Positions 41,215-51,271 of a DNA stretch of 64,000 nt are shown here, one piece after another. Numbering within the stretch: position 1 is the stretch's first letter; each line of letters begins with the position of its first letter. The translations under genes and the position numbers were made by a program. The stretch spans positions 1 through 64,000 of the forward strand of contig CBDESZ010000007.1 in assembly GCA_965242725.1 (NCBI GenBank). The letters are read 5' to 3'. The notes beneath the pieces are model-generated. The model did no database searches, had not been told where the DNA came from, and saw only the letters and a list, made by a program, of their open reading frames with translations. The stretch comes from Alkalispirochaeta sp. (GTDB lineage: Bacteria > Spirochaetota > Spirochaetia > DSM-27196 > Alkalispirochaetaceae).

Positions 41215-41424
41215 TTACCGGAGCGCATCGCCGCGGTCGATGAGGCGATGCGCCAGGTTGATCCCTTCTCTGGCCGCTTCTTCCCTGAGAATGTAGGTGA
41301 TCCCGTCGTCGGCAAAATACATGGCGGTTTTGCCGGCCCGGTCGATCTACACCGCCACCGCGTACCGCCCGCTCCGCGTTTTCTGAGGTAGAGGGGTTAT
41401 CGTGCAGCCGCGGTATCGCTCCAT
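41215..41424 (-). pseudogene. 69-codon small gene with an in-frame TAG at codon 26
   Basis: Manual translation: MERYRGCTITPLPQKTRSGRYAVAV*IDRAGKTAMYFADDGITYILREEAAREGINLAHRLIDRGDALR. The amber codon is at 41347-41349. Not in the ORF track. Confidence 0.5.
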
Positions 41425-41466
41425 ATCGACAGTATAGCAGGACGTGCAGTACCCGGAGCAAAGATC

Positions 41467-41495
41467 TTGACGCAACTCGATCGGGAATATATCGT
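41467..41495 (+). promoter_or_regulatory. Putative sigma70 promoter of the leader/RNHCP transcript
   Basis: TTGACG-N17-TATCGT. Confidence 0.5.
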
Positions 41496-41525
41496 CACTC
41501 TCATCTCACCCACAGGAGGTCGTTA

Positions 41526-41576
41526 ATGTCAGCTATTGTGATGAAGGTGCTCCTGTTCAGGAGTGTGTCTCGGTAA
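41526..41576 (+). CDS. Putative 16-aa leader peptide MSAIVMKVLLFRSVSR
   Basis: Strong AGGAGG RBS 6 nt before the ATG. It lies within a structured 5' leader. Confidence 0.6.
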   Translation: MSAIVMKVLLFRSVSR

Positions 41577-41730
41577 CCGTCAGACCGGTTCGTTGATCCG
41601 ACGTCGGTATTTCCCTTCACACTCGTCAGAGTACTCCCATCGTCCCCCGCAACATATTGCGGTTTCACTCGCCGGAACAGGGCATCCAATCAGGTATTAC
41701 CATTCGTGACGTGAATCGGGGTATACCGTT

Positions 41731-42120
41731 ATGTCCAACAAGCATTCTCACACCCGCTCCAGAGCGAACACCTTTGTATGTGCCAACTGCCGCCGCACCG
41801 TAGAAAAATCGTCATACGGCACGGCCAATCGCAACCATTGTCCCTACTTCCTTCACTCCCTGCATGTGGACGAACAAACGGGCGACCGCCGCTCCGATTG
41901 CCGGGGCGTGATGAAACCGATCGCTATTTGGGTCCGCCCCGATGGAGAATGGAGCCTTATTCACCGTTGCGAACGCTGCGGGTTCATTCGAACAAATCGC
42001 ATTGCCGGAGACGACAGTGAAGCGGCGCTTTTGTCGATGGCGGCGCTGCCGATGGCGAAGCTTCCCTTCCCCATGGAGAGCATTCTCACCACGATCGGTA
42101 TCATCGGGAAAAAATATTGA
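41731..42120 (+). CDS. RNHCP domain protein
   Basis: Motifs FVCANC, RNHCP, SLHVD..GDR..C.G.M.PI, HRCERCG and NRIAGDD. Confidence 0.92.
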   Translation: MSNKHSHTRSRANTFVCANCRRTVEKSSYGTANRNHCPYFLHSLHVDEQTGDRRSDCRGVMKPIAIWVRPDGEWSLIHRCERCGFIRTNRIAGDDSEAALLSMAALPMAKLPFPMESILTTIGIIGKKY

Positions 42121-42241
42121 CCGGTACGGATGTCGGCGCGGACCGACAGCCGCCGTTATCGATTATCGGTCAAGGTGGATCGGAAATTTCTTTATATAGA
42201 ACGCGAGCGTTCTGCGGAGCCACATCTCCGGTCGTCCGGAC

Positions 42242-42268
42242 ACAACCCGCTCCGTCGGGGCGGGTTGT
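42242..42268. terminator. Strong GC-rich hairpin downstream of the RNHCP gene
   Basis: ACAACCCGCTCC-GTC-GGGGCGGGTTGT. No clear U tract. Confidence 0.4.
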
Positions 42269-42398
42269 CCGAAGACGATGATTAATACATTTCTACAGAA
42301 ATAAAACAGTCCGACATCAGCTCCGAATCAGAGGAGGGCCGTATCCTGAACCCAAGAATAAACGCCGGCGTCAAAGAGATGCCGGGAAGGAGATTACA

Positions 42399-42794
42399 AT
42401 GTTTCGATCAACTATTCTGCGGGTTACAGCTGGTATTGCCATGGCTTTCCTGGTTGTTACATCAGCGGTTGCGATTCCACCGAAGGCAAAGAATGCCCCG
42501 AACTCCATTCGGGTCGTTCCACCTGAAGGGCTGGTAGCCTACTTTGAATCCAACGGTGTAGATATGTCCAAATTTCGGGCGAATGGCACGTTGGACGAAG
42601 ATACCGCCGAGGCGATGTACTCCCTCTATGTGGCGGAAGATCAACAGGGAGATCGTATTCACAGCGGCCGGATTAACGGCATCGCTCTGGGCGCTCTCGC
42701 AAAAACGTATGATCAGGTCCAGTTGCCGGTCTATTTGGAGATCGGATCCCTCTACTGGGGCAGCTGGCGAGAAAAGGACGGCCTTTCAGATTGA
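42399..42794 (+). CDS. Exported hypothetical protein
   Basis: AAGGAG RBS and a signal peptide ending in AVA. No family recognised. Confidence 0.6.
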   Translation: MFRSTILRVTAGIAMAFLVVTSAVAIPPKAKNAPNSIRVVPPEGLVAYFESNGVDMSKFRANGTLDEDTAEAMYSLYVAEDQQGDRIHSGRINGIALGALAKTYDQVQLPVYLEIGSLYWGSWREKDGLSD

Positions 42795-42899
42795 CGAGGT
42801 AATGCTCCCCTGTACGATCCTCATGAAGACGCCGGGTCAGCGCCCGGCGTCTTCTTCCTTTATTAGGGCTCCGCGTGTGTCGAGGAACGCTTTGAACGA

Positions 42900-43634
42900 T
42901 CAGATTAGGCACATTTCGCGCGCCATTGGTGAAAGGACCGTCCCCGTGAATTGATAACCATATCCCCGGACAGTCTCAATCCAGGGATATGGTCCGAGCT
43001 TCTTTCGAATGTTTTTGATATGAGTGTCAAGGGAACGGAGATAAGCCGTCGGGCTTTCGTATCCCATGCAATGGTCGACTATCGCCTCACGGGAACATAT
43101 TGCTCCCGCCCGGGAGGCCAAATAATGGAGCACACGCCATTCCGTCTCGGTAAGCTTGACATATATTCCGTTTTTAAAAATCTTATGGAGGTTCTCATCA
43201 ATCCGTATGACATGTCGACCAAGCTGCCATGCCGCAACTCCGGCTGATCCCGTGTTTACAGGACCACTTATCTCCAGTAGTCCGTGAATTCGTAACGCCA
43301 ATTCTCGGTTCGAAAGGGAACCGCTGAGAAGTGCACTGATCCCCAATCGAAAAAGGTGGAAGCGGTCGCCTTCGGGTATTTCATTCGCGATAACAATTGG
43401 ATGGAAAATCCCTCCATTGGTTAACGTCCGGACCTGTTCGAACAAGCCTTCTCTTGTCCATCCAAATGCCCAGACCGCGACGCCGAGAATCGTGTCATGT
43501 ACCGGTAGTTCCTCTCCATTTTTAGACGATTTTGTCAGCACAAGCACGGTAAAGTCGAGCAGCGTGAGTTCTCGCTTCAACTGAACAACTTCCCCGGCTT
43601 CCCGCGCAACCAATAGAATGAACTGTTTCTCCAT
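42900..43634 (-). CDS. OmpR/PhoB-type winged-helix regulator with a degenerate receiver domain
   Basis: Motifs LTETEWRVL, LDTHIKNIRKKL and IETVRGYGY. The N-terminal domain lacks the acidic pocket. Confidence 0.85.
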   Translation of the reverse strand: MEKQFILLVAREAGEVVQLKRELTLLDFTVLVLTKSSKNGEELPVHDTILGVAVWAFGWTREGLFEQVRTLTNGGIFHPIVIANEIPEGDRFHLFRLGISALLSGSLSNRELALRIHGLLEISGPVNTGSAGVAAWQLGRHVIRIDENLHKIFKNGIYVKLTETEWRVLHYLASRAGAICSREAIVDHCMGYESPTAYLRSLDTHIKNIRKKLGPYPWIETVRGYGYQFTGTVLSPMAREMCLI

Positions 43635-43684
43635 GCACTATTCCCTCTCTCGGACGAACTTCGGATGATATGTCATCCGTTGAC

Positions 43685-44977
43685 TCACATTCCCAGTCCG
43701 ATTGAAAAGCTGAATAACCAGACTTCTCTACTCGCTCCATACGCGAGATCAAAGCCGAGAGCCGGCAGTGTTACTCTGCTCAGGTACAATCTGAATCCCG
43801 CGCCGGCACCGTTATATGTGTCCTCGCTCCGTACGAGCACGCCTCCTTCGTAAAAGCCAAGCACGGTAATAGTTCCCCAGTCGGGGCGTAGAATCGGCAA
43901 CTCATACGTCAACCCGGCGGAAATGTATCTCTCGGCAGGAACACTTTCTCGGTCAATAGTGCGCTGGGTTTCCCCGCCGCCAAGTCTCGTCATTCTCCAG
44001 TCGGTCCGATTGCTTTCTTCCGCGCGCAAAGCGTAGCGAAGTCGATGATCCCGGAGCAAAGGGAAATCCTGGGAGAACTCCCCCGCGAGTGTCCACTCCC
44101 TCTCACGCCCCCCGCCTAGTTCGTACTCACCCTCAAGCTCCAGAACATATCCGGCGTTGAAATATCGCATTGGATTCTGATCACTGAATTGAATAGAAAT
44201 TCCGTGATAGGCGGCGGTCTCGGTCCCGCCTGCACCGGGGGCACGGCGCCCGTCCACAAATTGTTCCTGCTGGACGACAAGAAAGGTCGTCGAAGTCATA
44301 CCGTCACCAAAGCGATAGCCAAGTCCCAGCCGCGCTGTGGAATTTGTCGCTTCCCACTCTGCCAATGTCTCGTCCTTCAGAGTGACCGCCTTGTCTTCCG
44401 AGCGGCCGTAAGTAACAGCTGTCTCGCCAAGGAAGTCGGATCCAAGAATCGCCGGATCTCGGTAGACCATTATCCCGTTGAATCCGGCGGTTCCGAAAGC
44501 ACCGCCGGTTATCAACTGCTTGTTGTATCCGAGGAGATTGTTCTCTATCACAAAGAGCCCTCCACTCGTTCCTCCGGAATTTGCGGAAAAAAGCGGCAAC
44601 GGGACCAGCGTCCAACGCTCCCGTACAATCACCTCTATGATCGCGCGGTTGCCGGAGACCATATCAGGATCCGGTTCTACTCGTACCCGGTCGAACAGGC
44701 CGAGACTTCTGAGGTCCCGACGAATCTCCTCTCGCACCTCCTCGGTGTACGCAATCCCGGGCGCGGCGTCCATCGCCTGAAGCAGGACAGACGGATTTGT
44801 ACGCTGAAGTCCCTCAAATCGGATTTCCCCAATCAATGCCGTTTCGGTCCTGACGCCGTTTTGGGGATACGGCACCGTCGAGGCGGGGTACGTGTCGTGT
44901 CCCTCCGACAGCGCCCCAACGGCTGCACTGAAATGAAGAAAACCAACAATAAGGAAGCGATAGTGTAGAGCATTCAT
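43685..44977 (-). CDS. Omp85/BamA-like outer-membrane protein with a single POTRA domain
   Basis: Signal peptide, POTRA (IRFEGLQRT...LRSLGLFDRV...VRER), ENNLLG, and C-terminal beta strands GAGFRLYL and FSFSIGLGM. Confidence 0.78.
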   Translation of the reverse strand: MNALHYRFLIVGFLHFSAAVGALSEGHDTYPASTVPYPQNGVRTETALIGEIRFEGLQRTNPSVLLQAMDAAPGIAYTEEVREEIRRDLRSLGLFDRVRVEPDPDMVSGNRAIIEVIVRERWTLVPLPLFSANSGGTSGGLFVIENNLLGYNKQLITGGAFGTAGFNGIMVYRDPAILGSDFLGETAVTYGRSEDKAVTLKDETLAEWEATNSTARLGLGYRFGDGMTSTTFLVVQQEQFVDGRRAPGAGGTETAAYHGISIQFSDQNPMRYFNAGYVLELEGEYELGGGREREWTLAGEFSQDFPLLRDHRLRYALRAEESNRTDWRMTRLGGGETQRTIDRESVPAERYISAGLTYELPILRPDWGTITVLGFYEGGVLVRSEDTYNGAGAGFRLYLSRVTLPALGFDLAYGASREVWLFSFSIGLGM

Positions 44978-45023
44978 ACGTCCAAGAATGCGTCGATGAC
45001 ACTATTAATAGCCATTAAGAGAA

Positions 45024-45042
45024 GTTGAACATTTTATGAACA
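45024..45042 (-). promoter_or_regulatory. OmpR/PhoB-type direct-repeat box upstream of the Omp85-like gene
   Basis: GTTGAACATTTTATGAACA (TGAACA repeated at 11 bp), 47 bp from the start codon. A 15/19-identical copy lies at 52625-52643. Confidence 0.65.
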
Positions 45043-45096
45043 TAAACCTATCGGGGATTACATGACCCTTGCGGAATCTGCCGCCGTACGACGCTC

Positions 45097-46461
45097 CTAT
45101 CTTGCCACGTCAGGAGAAACGCAGATTATAAAAGCCGCTCCACCTAGGTTCGACCGTTCTGCACGGATGGTCATCCCCATCAGGTCAAGAATTGATCGAA
45201 CCGTCGGAAGCCCCAGGCCGAAACCCGGTTGATTGCGGCTTTTACTGCCCCGACGGAACAGTTCAAAGGCCTCTTCGGGTTCCATATCCTGGAAGCCTTT
45301 CCCGCTATCTTCCAATCGGATTTCCACCTGTCCTTTCCCGTGGCTCGTTGCAGCAAGCCGTATTTCATCCCCCTCTTCGGTGTGGCGAATTGCATTCTGA
45401 AAGAGATTCTCCATCACCCGGTCGAGGAGAGCCCTGTCGGCCGTCACGGATGTTTTCTCGGGAAGGTCTATTTTATACGAGAATCGACGTTTCATGACAT
45501 GAATGTCCGCCTCCGCCGAGGATGCTGAAACTTTCAAATACTCCGCCAGGCGGAGTTTTTCGTATCGTGCATTCAGATCTCCGGTCTCGAGACGGACAAA
45601 CTCTATCAGTTCCTGGACACGTGATTGGAGCAGCTGGGCTTTACTTCTAATAGAATGCAGGGATCGTCGGCGGTCTTCCTCATCCTGAAAAAGATCGTCC
45701 TCCAATGCTTCGACATAGCCAAGGATAGTCGTCAATGGCGTACCGAGATCGTGGGAAACTCCCATGAGAAGACGACTCCGCTGCTGTTGACTTTCCAGGA
45801 TAGACCGACGCATGCGATCGAGATCTTCCGCAAGATCACGTATTTCATCCCGAGAGTCCGTAACAACTGGTGACGTCAAGTCTCCGGCGGCAATTCTATG
45901 TGTTGCAGATGCAACATCATTCAGCCGACGCTGAAAATCTCTCACAATATGGGTACCCGCTACGCCTCCCGCAAAAAGCATCAATCCGAAGATTACGACA
46001 ACACCACGAGTCTTTCTGGAATCGGGAAAACTGAAGGACGGTATTCCCGACGGAAGGGCGCTACAACACCCGAAACTCTTTACCGGAGGTATCAGTAACC
46101 AGCTCCAACACCACTTGTGACTTTGTCAGGGCTCGCATTACCGGCTCTATATCCTGTTGCTGTGGATTGCCAACCCCGACGGCAATCATTTCAGGGTGTG
46201 TGGTGGCAACGACCACGCCCGCGGTGATCTGCAACAACGACAAACCCCCTGGGTTCATCCGAGAGGTCAACGGGTATCCTCCCCTCCTCCAGTGGTTCCC
46301 GCACCTTCTGCTCAAACCAGTACCGAAACTCAAAATAATCCTTTACCTCTCCCGTCTCTCTGTTCAGGATTGTCGTGAGAGAAGAGAAGGGTTCCCAGGA
46401 TGAGAATCGGCATCAGTGACATTCCGAAAACGAGAAGTTGTATCTTTTTTTGCAACCTCAT
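45097..46461 (-). CDS. HAMP sensor histidine kinase, with several frameshifts in the 5' third
   Basis: The C-terminal ORF has HAMP, VSHDLGTPLT, NAIRH, DSGKG and GFGLGL. The N-terminus MRLQKKIQLLVFGMSLMP starts at 46461, overlapping the regulator stop. Confidence 0.8.
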
Positions 46462-47182
46462 TCGTTCTCCTGCCGATCAAGTTCAACGGCATAACCGTAC
46501 CCGTGGCGGGTGGTAATAAACCGCGGCTTAGAAGGCTCTTCTTCGAGCTTCCGCCTCAATCGTTGAATGTGAACTGCGACGCTCGATACATCGCCGAACT
46601 CGTTCTTCCATACGGATCGGTATATCTCCTCCGGCCCCGCCGGGCGGCCTCCACATTCGATCAGATAACGCAGCACCCCGAATTCCAGCGGAGTCAGTTG
46701 TATTTCCGTTCCGTCTCGGAGAACTCTGGCGGTTTCCACATTGACCACAATGTTTCCCTACTTGTACCGGTCTCCCATTTTCGTTGTTGTGTTGAGTCTG
46801 GGAACGACCGTCGTTAATCCCGGTACGCCGGAGCAGCGCCCGGACACGGGCGACAAGGACTTTTGGGAGAGAATGGTTTTGTCACATACTCATCGGCTCC
46901 GACCCCTAGACCAAAGACTGCGTCCATTTCCTCCTGCCTGGCGGTCACGACGATTACGGGTACGGAACTTACGGACCGAATCTCCCGGAGCACTTCAAAC
47001 CCGTCCAACTGTGGCAAATTAATATCAAGCAGAATGAGATCCCACGTATCGTCCTGGAGGGCGGCCAATGCCGCCTCTCCTGAGGAAGCGACCCGGGTAG
47101 TAAATCCCTCCCGGGTCATGTAGGCATTGATCAAGTTCGAAATGTCCTCGTCATCTTCTACGATGAGGATGGATCCCGTCAT
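46458..47182 (-). CDS. OmpR-family response regulator, frameshifted
   Basis: Receiver motifs ILIVEDD, LDINLP and KPFS, then the wHTH (LTPLEF, VHIQRLRRK, GYGY) in another frame. Extra A bases at 46861-46864 and about 46753-46755. Confidence 0.85.
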
Positions 47183-47192
47183 AGACGCCTCC

Positions 47193-50100
47193 TTATGCAC
47201 TCGCCAGAATATCCTGTTTTCTGACACCGCCCCTGGGGGCAAAAAAGGTATAGAGAACAGGCACGACAAATAGCGTCAATAGCGCGCTGGAGGTTAACCC
47301 ACCCACGATGGTCATTCCCACCGGTTGCGTCAATTGTCCGCCGTCTCCGGGGAAGAATGCCAACGGCACCATGCCGAGAATTGTCGTGAGGGTGGTCATG
47401 AATATCGGCCTGAATCGGGTCTTCCCCGCTTCCATAGCGGCCTCGTAAAGCCCATATCCCCGCGTTCTCAGCTGATTTGTATAGTCTACCAGGACAATGC
47501 CGTTATTTACCACGATTCCTGCCAGTGCAACGAGACCAACCAGGGAGAACATCGACAGCGGTTCGCCAATGATAACGTAAATCGCCACCGCTCCGATCAA
47601 CATGAGGGGAATGGTGAAGAAGATGATAAAGGGCATCCGAAATGACTCAAACTGACTCGCCATGATACCAAAGACGAGGAGAATTGCGACGACAAGAACA
47701 AGACCGAGCTGACGCCCCGCATCGGCGATCTCCGAGAGCTCTCCATAGAACTGAACATTGATGTCGCCGGGAATGGAAAGGGCATCCTGTATTCGTGCCT
47801 TCAATTCTCGGTTGCACTTCACTGATAAGGGCACCTGGTGCCAGTCCGCCGGTCACATGAATTGTAGGGCTCTCATTTTCCCGGTTTATTTCCGTCGGAC
47901 CCTGAGCGAGCCGGACCGTAGCCAGAGAGGAAATTGGAACTTTTGTGCCACTTGCGGCGCTGACAAATACGGCTTCCACATCACCAATATCCGCGCGTTG
48001 ATCTTCGGCAAGAACGACTGAGATGTCCCATTCGGTACCGTCCTTTTCAACCTGGCGGCGGTAGTACCGTGTATCGCCGCGCGTACCTCCCTGCTGATTT
48101 GCGAGACCGTTACACCAAGGTCCGCCGCCCGGCTGTGGTCGATATCAACGACCAGCTCGGGACTTGCTTCGCCCAGGTTGGTGGAAGGTTCGGTCACCTC
48201 GGGGAACTCCCTATCCAGCAATTCCTTTATTTGCATCGCCACCAACGTGGCTCCGTCCAGGTTATCGGACTGGACCACAATATCTACGGGATCTCCCTCC
48301 CGAGAGCCTTCTGCTTTCATTCTGACCAAAGTCAAACTCGATACCCGGCTGTCCGGCGATAAATGAACGAATTTCGTCTTGAATCTCCTCCGTATCATAG
48401 GTGACCTCATTGATCGATGGGAGTCCGACCTCTATTCTTGCGCTGTTGCTGCCGTCTCGACCGCTTTGAACGACGATTGTATCCGCGACATCTACGTTTT
48501 CACGTATCCAGCGGGCAACGTTGTCTGCGGTCTTCGCAGTGTCGTCGAGCTTTGAACCTTCTCTGAGGGTCATCGATATGGAAATCGTATCCTCCGCGGC
48601 GGGCGGAGCAAAAACAAAACCGAGCTGCGGAATGAATGATAGCGCAACGATCAGAAGAGCCACGGCGATGGAAAGGACGAGACCACGACGACCGAGTGCA
48701 CGTTCGAGAAGCCATCCATAGCCCGCTTCAAGATGGCCGAGGAAACCGGCTATCCCGTCACCGATTCCTGCGAAGAGTCCCCGACGCTTTTCCCCATGCC
48801 CCTTGAGAGGGAGATAGGTACTCGACAGGACGGGAACGAGCAGCGCCGCCACTGCAAGGGATGACAGAATGGCTACAATAATGACAAAAGCGAGGTCGGC
48901 AAAGAGAACACCAATGATACCAAGACGATCCCGGAATAATAGAAGGGGGATAAAGACACTTATTGTCGTCAAGGCGGAGGCGGTAATGGCGGTAATCATC
49001 TCTCCGGTTCCCAATGTCGCCGCATCGTGTAACTCCGCGCCCTCTTTTCGGTGACGGTCGATATTTTCCAGAACCACAATGGACGAGTCCACAATCATAC
49101 CAATACCGAGAATGAGGCCCGCCATCGAAAGAAGATTGAGAGAAATGCCGCCGAAACTCATCGCAAGGAGTGTAGCCAGAAGAGATACCGGGATGCTCAT
49201 GCCGATAATAATTGCCGCACGGAAATTGTGAAGGAAGAGAAAGAGAACCAACATCGTCAGTCCCCCTCCGATAAGGAGGGAGTTTGTAACCTGATTAAGA
49301 GTGTCCTTCGTTGCCGTACTTGTATCGCTGGTGATCTGGAGGATGACCCCTTCGGGGGTCATATCTTTAAACGGTTCAAGGGCTGCCCGGACGGAATCGG
49401 CAACCTCGACGATATTTGTACCGCTCTCGGCTGTAATGGATAGAGTGACGGCGGGCTCGCCATTTACCCGAACAATGGATGCGGCATCCTCATAGCCAAA
49501 GGCAACTTCGGCAATCTCTTCCAGGAGTATCGGACGTTGCTGAGGGCCGGAACCTGCATACCCGATAACCGCCTGTTCAAGTTCACGAATAGACTCAAAT
49601 TCTCCGGTGGAGCGGACGAGAAGCTCCCGATTGTCAACGGTAATTTTTCCTCCGGAGCCGTCACTATTCGCCTGCCCTAAAGCCCCGGCGACCCCGGTGA
49701 CGGTCAGGCCGTACGCCTGGAGGGCGGCCGCGTCAAGCTTGACACTCACAATCTCTGTCCTTCCACCGCCAATCTCCACACGGGCAACTCCGTCCACCCG
49801 TTCCAACGGCGCCTGAAGTACCTCCTCGGCAAAAGTCTTCAGTTCTTCAGGAGTTCTATCACCATTCAGCGCGACCGTCATTATCGGCTGGGCGTTGGGA
49901 TCGAATCTGAAGATACGGGGATCTTCCGCCTCACGAGGCAATGCACCCACGGCCCGATCAAGCAATTCTCTTACATCATTGGTAGCCTCGGTCAGATCGG
50001 TGTCCCAATCGAAGTCGAGAATAATTTGACTGAGCCCTTCCGACGATGTTGAGGTAATCGTATCGAGGCCCAGGACACTTGCCAGCGATGCTTCCAGCGG

Positions 50101-50292
50101 CTTGGTAACACTCTCCTCCACTTCTTCCGGTCCCGCGGCATACACCGTCGTAACCAACATTCTCGGGAGGTCGACCTGCGGGAAAAAGGCGATAGCCAGA
50201 TTCTGGTAGGCAAAGACGCCGAAAATTGTCGTCGCCAGGAACAAAACAAGAATCGTTACCGGACGGCGGACTATCTGTTTTACAAAACCCAT
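47193..50292 (-). CDS. RND efflux permease (AcrB/AcrD/AcrF family), split by several frameshifts
   Basis: ORF pieces 48262..50292, 47886..48410, 47647..47979 and 47193..47834 tile one RND protein (RRPV, GMIVDSSIVVLENI, RFRPIFMTTLTT). Confidence 0.88.
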
Positions 50293-51260
50293 CAGTTATT
50301 CTCCCCGGCGGTACCCGCAATTCGTACGGCTCCATGGTCCTGAACCTTCTGTACGCCGTTCATGACAACTTCCGTGCCGGCATCTATACCGCCGGAGATT
50401 GCGACATAGTCTCTTGCGATTAATCCGACCTGTACTTCCCGACGTTCCGCTCTCCCCTCTACGACCGCGTAGACGTATGTCTTTCCCGCTTCCTGCACCA
50501 GGGCGCTAAACGGGACAGTGACGGCTCGTCCACTTCTGCGTACCGGCAGGGATATCCGGGTAAACATACCCGGCTGGAGATCCGATGCGTCACCGACTAC
50601 TTTTAGGCGTACCTCTTTGGAGCGTGTCGCGGGATCGACTACCGGCTCAATTTCCACAACCAAAGCGTCATAGTTCCGATCTCCGAGGGCAAATGTCGTA
50701 AAGGTGGCGCCCATACCCGGACGGACTGATGTAACATATCGTTCCGGTACCTGGACGACGATTTTCAGGTCGTCCAGTGTTGCGACGGTGGCAATACCCG
50801 CAGTCGGTGATACGGCACTGCCCCGATCAATGTGTACCGACGTAATGTACCCGGAAATGGGAGCCACCACAGGGCTTTCCTCATACTGTGCTCCCGGGCG
50901 GGAGGGATCCACGGTTGCCAGGGTTTGGCCTTCCCGGACGTACTGCCCCGGGGTCACAACCATTCTTTTCAAGGTACCCGCGGTATCTGGATAGGCTACG
51001 GCGGTAATCTCCGCAAGAATCTCGCCGTTCAGCCGCACCTCTCCCTGAAGCTCTCGCTCAACGGCAACGGCTGTCGTAACGACCGCGGCGCTCGATTCCT
51101 CAATAGAGGCGGGATGCGCCGTTACCTCACCGTTTACTTCAGTTCCATCGTCATTCAGAGAACGTTCGCTCAGAATTCCTAAGTTCTGTGTAGCGACAAA
51201 AACCGCGCCACCCAGAAGCAGAACACTCAACAGTGCTGCAATAATCGTCTGAATTTTCAT
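50292..51260 (-). CDS. RND efflux periplasmic adaptor (MFP)
   Basis: N-terminal TM anchor, lipoyl-like half-motifs (GQYVREGQTL, APISG), LQPGMF and V..G.AERREV.VG. Confidence 0.9.
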   Translation of the reverse strand: MKIQTIIAALLSVLLLGGAVFVATQNLGILSERSLNDDGTEVNGEVTAHPASIEESSAAVVTTAVAVERELQGEVRLNGEILAEITAVAYPDTAGTLKRMVVTPGQYVREGQTLATVDPSRPGAQYEESPVVAPISGYITSVHIDRGSAVSPTAGIATVATLDDLKIVVQVPERYVTSVRPGMGATFTTFALGDRNYDALVVEIEPVVDPATRSKEVRLKVVGDASDLQPGMFTRISLPVRRSGRAVTVPFSALVQEAGKTYVYAVVEGRAERREVQVGLIARDYVAISGGIDAGTEVVMNGVQKVQDHGAVRIAGTAGENN

Positions 51261-51271
51261 CGGTCACTCCT

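Noticed and set aside
42158..42170. Third copy of the ATCGATWATCGAT operator (ATCGATTATCGGT)
   Set aside because: It has one mismatch, lies about 230 bp from the next start codon and has no functional link to the XDH locus. May be chance.
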